Positions 8,652 through 17,228 of a DNA stretch of 35,848 nucleotides are shown here, piece after piece. The position numbers and the translations under genes were made by a program. Source of the DNA: a virus (Duplodnaviria; Caudoviricetes); IMG/VR virus record IMGVR_UViG_3300049144_000147, positions 1-35,848 of that record, one strand, 5' to 3'. The notes under the pieces are model-generated. The model had not been told where the DNA came from. It saw nothing but the letters and a program-made list of their open reading frames with translations, and searched no databases. Position 1 is the first letter of the stretch, and each line of letters starts with the position of its first letter.

Positions 8652-9006
8652 ACAATCCCACGGAAAGGGGGAAAAGTGGGTCAACTGGGGGACGACCTTC
8701 GCGCATGGAGCGAAGCGCCTGGAGTTCGGATCATCGACGGTCGACGCATGGCCTGCAAGAACATCTCGGACCAGGCATTTCTGGTCTGTGTTCGAAAGGA
8801 GGCCGGTCGGAACGGATTCACGACGGCGGTTCGGATTCATGCGGAGCTGGAGAATCAACTGGGCCCCATCCCCCGGCGACTGTTTCTCGCGAAGGCGCGC
8901 AAGCTCATCGCCGCTGGAAAGCTCAACGGATGTGGATGCGGCTGCCGGGGAGATTTCTCGATCCCCCAGCCCTCCGCTCAGTTCTGAACAATCCCACGGA
9001 AAGGGG
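8648..9006 (+). repeat. Identical 23-bp direct repeats CTGAACAATCCCACGGAAAGGGG (8648-8670, 8984-9006)
   Basis: Exact match; each copy contains a TGA stop and the next gene's RBS. Confidence 0.9.
8676..8987 (+). CDS. Hypothetical protein with GCGCGCRGDF motif
   Basis: RBS GAAAGGGG; flanked by the 23-bp repeats. Confidence 0.8.
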   Translation: MGQLGDDLRAWSEAPGVRIIDGRRMACKNISDQAFLVCVRKEAGRNGFTTAVRIHAELENQLGPIPRRLFLAKARKLIAAGKLNGCGCGCRGDFSIPQPSAQF

Positions 9007-9011
9007 AGGAA

Positions 9012-9314
9012 ATGACCTGGCGAGACCTTTGTGGACCCTGCATGAACGGGCAGTGCACCGGGCCGGGCTACGGCGGCATCTGTGAACACGAGTGCCACAG
9101 GCGACCGGACCCCAAGGGCGTCCCGTCGTCGGGCGGCAAGAAGTTCACCGTCCAGCGGAACGGGTTCGAGGTCGAGATGGCCTGGGTGGACGAGGTGAAC
9201 TTCTACAAGAACGGGGACGCGCTGTTCGCCCCGGAGGACGCCGTCACGCTCGGCGAGGCGTTGATCCTCATCGGCCGTAAGGCGCAGCAGGAGGAGGGGA
9301 AGAACCGTGGGTGA
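9012..9314 (+). CDS. Cys/His-rich N-terminal hypothetical protein
   Basis: RBS GGAGG. Confidence 0.8.
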   Translation: MTWRDLCGPCMNGQCTGPGYGGICEHECHRRPDPKGVPSSGGKKFTVQRNGFEVEMAWVDEVNFYKNGDALFAPEDAVTLGEALILIGRKAQQEEGKNRG

Positions 9315-9579
9315 GAGTTCGATTGCCTCGGCGGCGAGGAACCGGCTCGCCTCGCAGATCGGCTACGACCGGGACCATGCGGTTCGGGAGGCCCAGGACA
9401 TCGCCGAAGAGGCGAAGCGGATCGCCAACGACATCGACGCGGCCATCGCCGGAGGCAAGGTCTCGGGCCTCGCGCAGAAGGTCCATCACCTGTTGGTCCG
9501 GACTGCACAGCTCAACGTCCGGAAGGAAGCGCTGGAGCTGTTCGACGCCGCGTTTCCCGGGGAGGGCGAGAAGAGGTGA
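9307..9579 (+). CDS. Helical hypothetical protein
   Basis: Overlapping operon arrangement; RBS. Confidence 0.8.
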   Translation: MGESSIASAARNRLASQIGYDRDHAVREAQDIAEEAKRIANDIDAAIAGGKVSGLAQKVHHLLVRTAQLNVRKEALELFDAAFPGEGEKR

Positions 9580-10454
9580 CCGACCTGACCGACTTCGACG
9601 GCTGCGGCCGTAAGTGTCGCCTGACCGGGAAGCACACGCTGGTCTGGGGTGAGTGTGAGCACGCCTCGAAACCCGAACCGACCGTCAGTCTGTCGAAGAT
9701 CTTCAAGGACACCGACGGTTACCCGTCCATCGGCTACGACGAGTACACCGTGCAGCGGCTCGCCGACCTGATCGAACCCGCGCTGCGAAACGTGCAGGTA
9801 CGGCTCGGCCCCAACGCGCTGGCCATGCTTCAGCGGGGCGAGACGGTCAGCCTGTCCGGCGGGGAGTACGCCGACCTGGCGCGGGAGGCGGCGTACTCCG
9901 TTGTGCACCGGAACGACCCGGCCTACACCAGTCGCCTCCGCCTGACGGAGTTCCAGACCTGCGACATCTGCGGGGCGGCGTACAAGGTGGGCGTCGAGTG
10001 CAGTACGTGCGCCTTCCGGGCCCACATGGCTGCCGAGATGGCCGCCAGGGAGCAGACGCCCGACGGGCAGACGGTGGCGTACCGGGCCCCGGGACTCGAC
10101 GTCCTGTACTGCATCGCGTGCCGCCCCGCCGACGACCGGTTCATGCCGGTGGGCTCTTCGGACCTTCCCGACGGAGGGATCTGCGCCAACTGCGACATGG
10201 ACGTCCTGATCCAGGCGGGTCAGGACGAGAAAGCGATCATCGAGTACGCCCGTGAGGTCGGTCTGGTCGAGCCCGAGAAGGCGCCTCAGATCGTTGCCGC
10301 TGCGCGCGGACTGTTCGCTCGGTCCGGCGTCGACACCCCGGGCTGCAACTGCGGCTACGAGAGCATGGGGCCGGTGCATCACCTGAGATCCTGCACGTGG
10401 CTCAAGACGCAGGACGTTCCCCATCCGGACCAGGTGAACGGAGACGGTCGATGA
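9576..10454 (+). CDS. Multi-CxxC (Zn-finger) mosaic protein, 292 aa
   Basis: GTGA overlap; several CxxC pairs. Confidence 0.8.
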   Translation: MTDLTDFDGCGRKCRLTGKHTLVWGECEHASKPEPTVSLSKIFKDTDGYPSIGYDEYTVQRLADLIEPALRNVQVRLGPNALAMLQRGETVSLSGGEYADLAREAAYSVVHRNDPAYTSRLRLTEFQTCDICGAAYKVGVECSTCAFRAHMAAEMAAREQTPDGQTVAYRAPGLDVLYCIACRPADDRFMPVGSSDLPDGGICANCDMDVLIQAGQDEKAIIEYAREVGLVEPEKAPQIVAAARGLFARSGVDTPGCNCGYESMGPVHHLRSCTWLKTQDVPHPDQVNGDGR

Positions 10455-10742
10455 GCAGCGACCACGGTCTCCCCCCCGTTCCTGGTCGAGTACCTGCTGA
10501 AGCGGGACGCCCAGCGGCTCGACGCGGTGAACAGCCTCCTGGGCAAGCTCACCGCGCGGGAGCAGCGGCTGGTTCGCGAGGCCGCTGTCATGGGCTATGT
10601 CCGGGGAAGCATGCACCCGAAGGGCGAGAAGATCCCCAAGGACGGCTCGATCCTCACCGAGGTGGTCGACGCCTGTCTGGCCGCCCCGGATCTGTATCCG
10701 GTGATGCACGCCATCAGCGAACTGACCGAGGAGGGCTCGTGA
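10451..10742 (+). pseudogene. Hypothetical gene with an apparent +1 frameshift in a C7 run (10471-10477)
   Basis: The ATGA-coupled start MSSDHGLP joins PFLVEYLLKRDAQRLDAV... only if one C is skipped. Confidence 0.6.
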
Positions 10743-11200
10743 TCCCCGACGAGGACACCCAGAAGCGCATCGCTGCCGCGCTGCACGCCAAGATGCCCGG
10801 CTGTACGCACGACGAGCACGGCAGTGACTGCGACGAGCTGGCCGCCGCCGTGGTGGCCGAGGTGGCGCCCTCTCGCGACGTCCTCAAGCTCACCAACAAC
10901 CACCTGAATACGTGCTACGCCCTGACTGGTGACGGAGCCGACCCGGACTGTCCGTGCCAGATCGAGCACCCCCTGCTCTTCCGGGTCACGGCCACGCCGA
11001 CCGACGGCCGGAAGCCGGAGTCGAAGTACTTCCTCACGGCCCAGCAGTCCCGATTCTGGCGGGATCAGGTTCGATCGAACAAGGTGCCCACCGAGGTGAG
11101 TGCGGCACCGATGACCGCCTTCCGGCCCCTGCTGGACGGCGAGGTCGACATGCTGGCGCAAGCGGAGGCCAACCGGATCGAGAGGAGGCAGGCGGAGTGA
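10739..11200 (+). CDS. Hypothetical protein
   Basis: GTGA overlap, RBS GGAGGG. Confidence 0.8.
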   Translation: MIPDEDTQKRIAAALHAKMPGCTHDEHGSDCDELAAAVVAEVAPSRDVLKLTNNHLNTCYALTGDGADPDCPCQIEHPLLFRVTATPTDGRKPESKYFLTAQQSRFWRDQVRSNKVPTEVSAAPMTAFRPLLDGEVDMLAQAEANRIERRQAE

Positions 11201-11475
11201 AGACGAGCATGGAGCCGCCGTCCGGATACATCGTGATCCGGCCGGGACCGAATGCGTACAACCGGGACTGTGCCGACATTGCCGAGCAGATCAGGGTGAG
11301 GCTGGACCCCACCGAGCAGATGTCGGTTCGGGACGGCGATCCTCGCGAGCTGGCCCGGGAGGCTGCGGTGGCCAAGATGAACTCCATCTACAGTGGCCAG
11401 ATCCCTGACGAGGTGTCCCGCAGGATCGCCGATGCGGTCGTGGATGCCCTGCTCGGCAAGGAGCGCTCCGAGTAA
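11197..11475 (+). CDS. Hypothetical protein
   Basis: GTGA overlap, RBS. Confidence 0.8.
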   Translation: MKTSMEPPSGYIVIRPGPNAYNRDCADIAEQIRVRLDPTEQMSVRDGDPRELAREAAVAKMNSIYSGQIPDEVSRRIADAVVDALLGKERSE

Positions 11476-11552
11476 CCGTTCCAGTACGACATGTCGCGGG
11501 CCGGAGACCGATTCACCTGGTCTCCGGCCCGCTGTCAGTAGGTGGGTGCAGG

Positions 11553-13412
11553 ATGGACATTCACCCAAGAGAGAGATTCCGCAAGATGAGCAAGAAGAAT
11601 CCAGCGTACGAAACAGGTTGGCACACCACCGGTACGTTGAAGGTGTTGCCCAGTGTCGACCAGGTCGCAGAACGTCTGGAGAGCAATCCGGCCGTCGCCC
11701 TGCATGCGTTGAACCTGTCATCCCAGGACGGCTGGTGGTCGTACGACGCCGTATGGACCACTGAGGACGGGGCTCGCGTGAGGGGGCGCCTGAACCTCCA
11801 CAATCAGAAGCCCGGAAGCGAGAAGGACCCGGAGAAGGCCGCCCTCAACCCTCGCACCTACGATCCCTCGGTGAGACCGATGGAGGGCTACTTCCACGCC
11901 TTCGCCGACGCCGACAAGCCCTGGGATCCGGCGTGGCCGTCCCCCCTGAACATGTTCCTCGAACGGAAACTCAAGCCGAGCTACGTCACCATGGCGTACG
12001 GCGGCCACAACGCTCTCCACCTCAAGAGCACCGGCAACCTGTCCGGCCTGCTCTCCACTCTCGCCGAGCTTCCCTGGATTGCGACGGTCCTCACGCACGA
12101 CGAGCTGGACCCCCGGGTCTTCATGCCCGAGAGCGGGGTGGCGTACGAAACCCCGCTCATCTCACGCCTTCCCTCCAGCCTGTACGGCCGGGTTCTCGAT
12201 GTGCGGATCATGGGTGACCTGACCCGGGAGAAGGTGAACCGCACCCTGGCGAAGTACGGCACCTACCTGCCCGAGGGCGGTGTGGCCATCCTTTTGGATC
12301 ATGGACGCCGCAAGGGCATCCCCCGGGCAGAACTCTCCTTCAAGCTGGACCGGCCCTTCATCCGGGGCGGGGACATCACGCCGGTTGCTGCGTCGCTGTC
12401 CAAGATGCTCCGGGAGCAGATCATGGTGTCCGACACGGAAGCCGTTGAGGAGATTCGCAAGGACTGGTTCCTGTTGACCCCCGAAGAGCAGGCCCAGCAG
12501 GACACCGTCCTTCTGAGGGACGCCGGGATTCGTGTCGGGGAGCTGGAGAACGAGGTCACCCGCCTGAAGGAAGCCCTCGAAGCCAGTCAGGAGTTCACGA
12601 GGAAGTTCCGCGAGAGTGGTGACAATCTGCTCGAAGAGGCCCGGAAGGCGTTCGCGGAGAAGGACCAGGCGATCGAGGAGCGGAACAAGCTCCGTGGCGA
12701 GCTGGACCGCTTGCTGCGCATGATCCGAGACAGCGATCTGGGCAAGGCGATAGCCGCGCGCGAGGAGGCCGAGAACGAGGCTGAGGCGGCCGAGGAGCTG
12801 CTGGACGAGCAGAACCATGAGGTGGCCGGTCTGCGCCAGGAGAACGCCCGCCTGCGGAGCGAGCTGGCCCGCCTGGGGAGCACCTTCGCCTCGGTCTCCG
12901 GCCCCGAGAAGAAGACCGCACCGTCGACCTGGGATGACTTCTTCGCGCAGGTTCCTTCACTGGAATACGTGGTGCTCGGCGACGTCGAGTCCGAGGTCGA
13001 CAAGCTCCGCAGGCAGGTACAGGAGGGGAACTGGCTGAACCGTTCCTGGGAAGCCCTGCTGGCCCTGGAGGAGTATGCCCGCCTGAAGAAGGAGCGGGGT
13101 GCCTCAGAGCTGCCCCACTTCCGCGCCTACCTGCTGGATCCGCAGGCGGAACACATCATCCCCCGCACTCGGTACTCCAGCACGGAGTCCAAGGGCGTGA
13201 TGATGAACGGCCGCTTCGTCGCCGCCCGCACCTTCCCCGTCCCCCACCAGGTCGACCCTTCTGGCAAGATCGTCATGGAGGCTCATATCCGGATCGGCTC
13301 CGGAAAGCCTCCGGCCCCTCGTCTGCATTTCCACGACGACACGAGCGGGAACACGGGGAAGATCTACGTCGGTCACATCGGCCCGCATCTTCCGAATTAC
13401 CAGACCAACTGA
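11553..13412 (+). CDS. Large protein: unknown N-terminal domain, central coiled coil, C-terminal RelE/ParE-like domain (tentative)
   Basis: Heptad E/K/R/A-rich centre; C-terminus MEAHIRIG..PAPRLHFHDD...KIYVGHIGPHL; start may instead be ATG 11587. Confidence 0.85.
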   Translation: MDIHPRERFRKMSKKNPAYETGWHTTGTLKVLPSVDQVAERLESNPAVALHALNLSSQDGWWSYDAVWTTEDGARVRGRLNLHNQKPGSEKDPEKAALNPRTYDPSVRPMEGYFHAFADADKPWDPAWPSPLNMFLERKLKPSYVTMAYGGHNALHLKSTGNLSGLLSTLAELPWIATVLTHDELDPRVFMPESGVAYETPLISRLPSSLYGRVLDVRIMGDLTREKVNRTLAKYGTYLPEGGVAILLDHGRRKGIPRAELSFKLDRPFIRGGDITPVAASLSKMLREQIMVSDTEAVEEIRKDWFLLTPEEQAQQDTVLLRDAGIRVGELENEVTRLKEALEASQEFTRKFRESGDNLLEEARKAFAEKDQAIEERNKLRGELDRLLRMIRDSDLGKAIAAREEAENEAEAAEELLDEQNHEVAGLRQENARLRSELARLGSTFASVSGPEKKTAPSTWDDFFAQVPSLEYVVLGDVESEVDKLRRQVQEGNWLNRSWEALLALEEYARLKKERGASELPHFRAYLLDPQAEHIIPRTRYSSTESKGVMMNGRFVAARTFPVPHQVDPSGKIVMEAHIRIGSGKPPAPRLHFHDDTSGNTGKIYVGHIGPHLPNYQTN

Positions 13413-13436
13413 GTTCTGGATTTGGGATGTTGAACC

Positions 13437-13446
13437 GGCCTAGGCC
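13437..13446. promoter_or_regulatory. GGCCTAGGCC site in the spacer of TTGAAC-N15-TAGGTT
   Basis: Same geometry as the 3926 site. Confidence 0.65.
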
Positions 13447-13462
13447 GTGATAGGTTCGAAGG

Positions 13463-13499
13463 CGTACGGAACCCCTCTCCTCAACGGGGGTTCCGTACG
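13463..13499 (+). terminator. 14-bp hairpin (terminator or attenuator)
   Basis: CGTACGGAACCCCT / GGGGGTTCCGTACG. Confidence 0.6.
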
Positions 13500-13508
13500 T
13501 TCAAGCAT

Positions 13509-13559
13509 CCGGGAAGCCCCCGGCTGCGGCTCACGACAACGGCCCGGGAAGCCCCCGGC
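13509..13559 (+). repeat. Two identical 16-mers CCGGGAAGCCCCCGGC, each able to form a 5-bp stem-loop
   Basis: 13509-13524 and 13544-13559. Confidence 0.8.
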
Positions 13560-13576
13560 CCGACAGAGGAGGAACG

Positions 13577-14248
13577 ATGATCATTGGCGGAGACTCCACG
13601 TCTACCCCGGTCGGCACGACGACGATCAAGATGAAGACGCTGGACCCGGAAGAGGTCCGCAGCCTTGGTCCGACCGACCTGATCTACGTGCAGGATCACG
13701 GTTTCGCCTCGCGAGTCCTCGTGCCCGCCTATCGCAAGATGGACGATGCCGCTTACCTCGACCGCGAGGACAAGCCCCGCGTCCACGTTCGCTCCATCTA
13801 CGGCGGCGAGTTCTACGTCTGCGCCGAGACCGAGGTCTTCGAGGAAGACGCTCTCGGGGAAGAGATGCCGGTCATCCGCTCCGTGGGCACGCGCGTATCC
13901 AGCTCCGTGTTCATCCCCGGAGTGGAGCCCGAGGAGGCGGAGGCCCGCCTGAAGAAGGCCCTGCGCGAGGAATTCGGGCCGGGCGTCGTCGAGCTGTGGA
14001 ACCTGCGATCCCAGCCCACCAAGGATCTTCGATGGGACATCTACCTGGTGAAAACGGGGTGGGTACCGAAGAAGGGCAGTCGGAAGGGCCGGGGCCAAGA
14101 GGGTTCGTTCCAGGAGATCCAGCGCAAGCTGCTCGCCCGGGGTGTCCGCGACGGCCACGAACGCTACTTCATGAGCAAGGCCGAGCCGGGGTGGCAGGTC
14201 ATGAGCGAACCCCATCAGCCTCACACGACCGAGACCGAAGTGCTGTAA
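13577..14248 (+). CDS. Hypothetical protein, 223 aa
   Basis: RBS GAGGAGG. Confidence 0.85.
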   Translation: MIIGGDSTSTPVGTTTIKMKTLDPEEVRSLGPTDLIYVQDHGFASRVLVPAYRKMDDAAYLDREDKPRVHVRSIYGGEFYVCAETEVFEEDALGEEMPVIRSVGTRVSSSVFIPGVEPEEAEARLKKALREEFGPGVVELWNLRSQPTKDLRWDIYLVKTGWVPKKGSRKGRGQEGSFQEIQRKLLARGVRDGHERYFMSKAEPGWQVMSEPHQPHTTETEVL

Positions 14249-14264
14249 CGGAAGGGAGAACGTG

Positions 14265-14426
14265 GTGACCAAGGACGAGTACGAGCAGAAGCAGCGCGAA
14301 CTCGGGGAACAGGCGGAGGAGGCTCGTCAGGTCTATTTGGACGCCAAGGCGGCCTACGACAAGATCTGCGACCGGATGCGCAACCTTCGCATCGAGTGGC
14401 GTGAGCAGCAGAGGGCGTCGTCGTGA
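14265..14426 (+). CDS. Small coiled-coil protein (MTKDEYEQKQRELGEQ...), 53 aa
   Basis: RBS AAGGGAG; below the ORF-track cutoff; GTGA-coupled to the next gene. Confidence 0.75.
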   Translation: MTKDEYEQKQRELGEQAEEARQVYLDAKAAYDKICDRMRNLRIEWREQQRASS

Positions 14427-14695
14427 GGTGCGGGCATCTCGACCCCTCTTTGGCGATCATCTCGCGCGAGTACTACGAGGCCCTGCGTCGTCAGTACTTC
14501 TCGCCCCTCAACGGGGTGCGCAACCTGGCCGCCGACTTCATGCAAGAGTGGGGGCACGACCCTGCGGAACATGGGGAACTGCTCGACTGCATGGCGGAGG
14601 AGATCACCGAGGCGATGATCGAGGCGAGCGCCGAGACCATGCGCCAGCACGGCCTGAAAGATCTTCGCGTAGAGCCGGAAGGGACGAAGGGATGA
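14423..14695 (+). CDS. Hypothetical protein
   Basis: GTGA overlap. Confidence 0.75.
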   Translation: MRCGHLDPSLAIISREYYEALRRQYFSPLNGVRNLAADFMQEWGHDPAEHGELLDCMAEEITEAMIEASAETMRQHGLKDLRVEPEGTKG

Positions 14696-14970
14696 GCAAC
14701 GAGGATCGGACCGATTACACGCCTGGCGACCCGCCCGTTCCCGTGGGGTCGATCGTGGAATACCGGGATGGCGAGTACGAGGTAGTTGCGTACCAGGATC
14801 CGAGGGAGGGCACACCCGACCCGGAGGTGCACTACCCCGACGGGGTCGCCTATCTGGTGCACATCGCCGGTCAGCCCAAGAAGTTCGGGAGCGAGGGGTG
14901 GGTCTCCGGCGTGCGCCGCCGCTCCTTCCGCGTGAAGGCCGGAGCCGCGCCCCCGAAGCAGGAGGACTAA
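14692..14970 (+). CDS. Hypothetical beta-rich protein
   Basis: ATGA overlap. Confidence 0.8.
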   Translation: MSNEDRTDYTPGDPPVPVGSIVEYRDGEYEVVAYQDPREGTPDPEVHYPDGVAYLVHIAGQPKKFGSEGWVSGVRRRSFRVKAGAAPPKQED

Positions 14971-14972
14971 GT

Positions 14973-15191
14973 ATGGCGACGTATCGAGTCCCCCTGACCT
15001 CCTGGGCCAACGCGGCGGTCGAGGTGGAGACCGAAGAGACCGACCCGGAGAAGATCGCTGAGCTGGCGATGGAGCAGCACAGTGTTTCCCTGTGTCATCA
15101 GTGCGCCGGTCGGGACGGGCTGGAGATCGGCGATGTCTGGGATCCGGTTCTGAACGACGGCAAGCCCGAGGTCTACAAGCTCGACGGCTGA
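14973..15191 (+). CDS. Hypothetical protein (SLCHQCA)
   Basis: RBS GGAGG. Confidence 0.8.
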   Translation: MATYRVPLTSWANAAVEVETEETDPEKIAELAMEQHSVSLCHQCAGRDGLEIGDVWDPVLNDGKPEVYKLDG

Positions 15192-15202
15192 TCTCCAGAA
15201 TC

Positions 15203-15264
15203 CCAGAACTACAAGGCCAGAACTACAACGCCGTTCGTTGTGGATGAAGGTTGTAGGTCTGGCC
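15203..15264. terminator. Imperfect 15-bp inverted repeat between convergent genes, with a duplicated CCAGAACTACAA
   Basis: GGCCAGAACTACAAC / GTTGTAGGTCTGGCC. Confidence 0.55.
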
Positions 15265-15299
15265 CCCTGGTCCTACAGTGATCACGCGCGGCCAACGCA

Positions 15300-15563
15300 T
15301 CAAGCACCCTGCTTCGGGTGAGGCCCTGGCGACGAGGCGGTTCCCTCGGCGTCGGGGCCTTTCGCTGCCATCGGCAGGTAGTGCTTCCCGTCGGCGCCGA
15401 CGATGACCACAGGCGGGCAGTTTGGGCAGGAGAAGAGGTTCTGGCTTCCGATCCAGCGCCACCCCTTGCTCCACAGGGGCCGGTGGTCTCGATCCTTCGG
15501 AATCGTAGCCACTTCCCCGCAGGCGGTGCAGATGAGGATCGTGCGCTTTGTCCGGGAAGTCAT
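15300..15563 (-). CDS. Zn-ribbon protein (two CxxC)
   Basis: TAGGCT 6 nt before the ATG. Confidence 0.75.
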   Translation of the reverse strand: MTSRTKRTILICTACGEVATIPKDRDHRPLWSKGWRWIGSQNLFSCPNCPPVVIVGADGKHYLPMAAKGPDAEGTASSPGPHPKQGA

Positions 15564-15686
15564 GTCCTGAGCCTACCGGTGCCTCCGCTCAGTACTGCCA
15601 GACGTCACAGACCCCCATCTTGGTCAGGAGCCAGTGCCAGGGGCTGCGGATGCGAAGGCATCGAGAACAGACGAATCGTTCCTGCA

Positions 15687-15998
15687 TTACAGACATTCGT
15701 TTGCCGCGAACGGGAGCATGGCGGCAGCGTCCTCCTGCTTCAGGCCGGTCTCCATGAGGGCCTTCAGCATGCCCCTGTAGTCCGGTCCGTCGCCCTGGAG
15801 GGCCTGCTCGCAGACGGAGTTCTGCTGGGGGCCGGAAAGGTCCGCCCAGCGCTCGGAGGCGGCCTTCAGGTCGGCGGATGCGGTCACCGTCGCAGGGCTG
15901 GAGGACGGAGTGGGTTCAGTGCCCCCAGAGGAGCAACCGGCCACGCCGAGGAACATCGCGGCGGTGATTCCAGCGAACACAGAGCCGACTCTCGGCAT
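15687..15998 (-). CDS. Lipoprotein
   Basis: RBS GGAGG; hydrophobic signal, lipobox VAG-C and a Ser/Pro/Thr linker. Confidence 0.8.
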   Translation of the reverse strand: MPRVGSVFAGITAAMFLGVAGCSSGGTEPTPSSSPATVTASADLKAASERWADLSGPQQNSVCEQALQGDGPDYRGMLKALMETGLKQEDAAAMLPFAANECL

Positions 15999-16091
15999 TC
16001 TTCCTCCAGAAAACCCCATGAAAGTCCCGATAAGTGTAATCCTTTGAGCGATAGGGTGTCTCGCGATCGGCATACGGAATGGAGGAGAGAC

Positions 16092-16373
16092 GTGGAGCAG
16101 CAACAGGAGTGGCAGGCGACCGCCGTCGCCCGCGAAGTGCCAAACCTGACCGAAGAACAGCTTGAGGAGCTGGCTCTGCGCATCGGCGGGGTTGTCAGGT
16201 ACGACCAGAACTCAAGCCGCCTGACTCTGGTATGGCGCATCAAGGAGCCCGTCATCAAGGCGGCCGACCTGGCGAGCAAGACGGTCGTCAACACGCTCGT
16301 CTTTGCACTGCGGGGGGAGTTCACCCTGGAAGAGCTTCGTCTGGTTCACGCCTCCGCCGTCGAGGCCCCCTGA
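16092..16373 (+). CDS. Hypothetical protein
   Basis: RBS GGAGGAG before GTG 16092. Confidence 0.75.
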   Translation: MEQQQEWQATAVAREVPNLTEEQLEELALRIGGVVRYDQNSSRLTLVWRIKEPVIKAADLASKTVVNTLVFALRGEFTLEELRLVHASAVEAP

Positions 16374-16451
16374 AGAAGCGGAACCACTTGTTGAAAATTG
16401 GTCACCCCCTCCCCTTGGGAACGTGACGAGGGGTAGTCGATGCTGGTCAGC

Positions 16452-16658
16452 ATGGACAACGTGATCGACATCAGCAGCCGCAGCAGCAACAGTCACTCCG
16501 CCGCGTCTGGATACGACGGCGCCATCTGCTCGTGCGGGGAGGCGTGGTTCAACACCGGCCCGGTGTGCATGACGCGCGACGGCGAGGTGACGGGGTACGC
16601 CGGGCGACCGCACTGTGTCTCCTGCGGCAAGGCGTACTCGTTCCTCGGCACCGGGTGA
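16452..16658 (+). CDS. Small Zn-binding protein (CxC...CxxC)
   Basis: ORF track; start 16440 or 16452. Confidence 0.7.
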   Translation: MDNVIDISSRSSNSHSAASGYDGAICSCGEAWFNTGPVCMTRDGEVTGYAGRPHCVSCGKAYSFLGTG

Positions 16659-16670
16659 CAGGGGGGCAGC

Positions 16671-16841
16671 ATGAAGGGCACGATGTCACGCATGGCTCGA
16701 ATGCTCGGAACCTGGTCTCGGCCCTGGTGCCCCATATGCAAGGGCCCGTCCGGGCCTGACTGCCCCGACATCTCCACGTCCAAGAGGTTGCGCAAGGCCC
16801 AGGAGGAGCGGAGTTGGCGCCGCGAGGCTCTGACTCAATAA
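16671..16841 (+). CDS. Small protein (..MARMLGTWSRPWCPIC..)
   Basis: Read by hand; alternative start at 16692. Confidence 0.6.
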   Translation: MKGTMSRMARMLGTWSRPWCPICKGPSGPDCPDISTSKRLRKAQEERSWRREALTQ

Positions 16842-16912
16842 CAGCCACCGAAGGACAAGTTGGCCAATTTCCGGTCTGTCCTGAACGCGAAGGAAAGCCC
16901 CAGACTGTGGTA

Positions 16913-17143
16913 ATGGCGAAGCATCCCCGCGTCCTGTGCCCGTCCTGCGAACGCCCCGTGGCCGGGATCCCCACCCGGGGAATCGGCATACTCAGCCTGC
17001 ATGACCACAAGAAAGAACCCCGGGCGCTCGTTCTGTGCCCGGGGTCCATGCAGCACGTGCAGGCGAAGGACGCCGTCTTCGTGCAGGAGGTCTTCTTCGA
17101 GGAACCGCCCGAAGCGCCGGAAGCCCCAGCGACGATCTTTTGA
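16913..17143 (+). CDS. Zn-finger-like protein (CPSC...H...CPGS)
   Basis: CAGACT 6 nt before the ATG. Confidence 0.7.
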   Translation: MAKHPRVLCPSCERPVAGIPTRGIGILSLHDHKKEPRALVLCPGSMQHVQAKDAVFVQEVFFEEPPEAPEAPATIF

Positions 17144-17228
17144 GTACCCTTCATGTAGCACCCGCATCTCGCGAAAGAGGCAGGTCAGGGCATCTCTTCC
17201 TGGTTTCTAGCTGCTTTACAGTAGCCCG

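Noticed and set aside
10397-11200. 267-aa ORF as a single gene
   Set aside because: The N-terminal part is off-frame reading of the frameshifted gene; the real gene starts at GTG 10739
15318-16373. 351-aa ORF
   Set aside because: Only the last 93 codons (from GTG 16092 with RBS) look coding; the rest is antisense to two minus-strand genes
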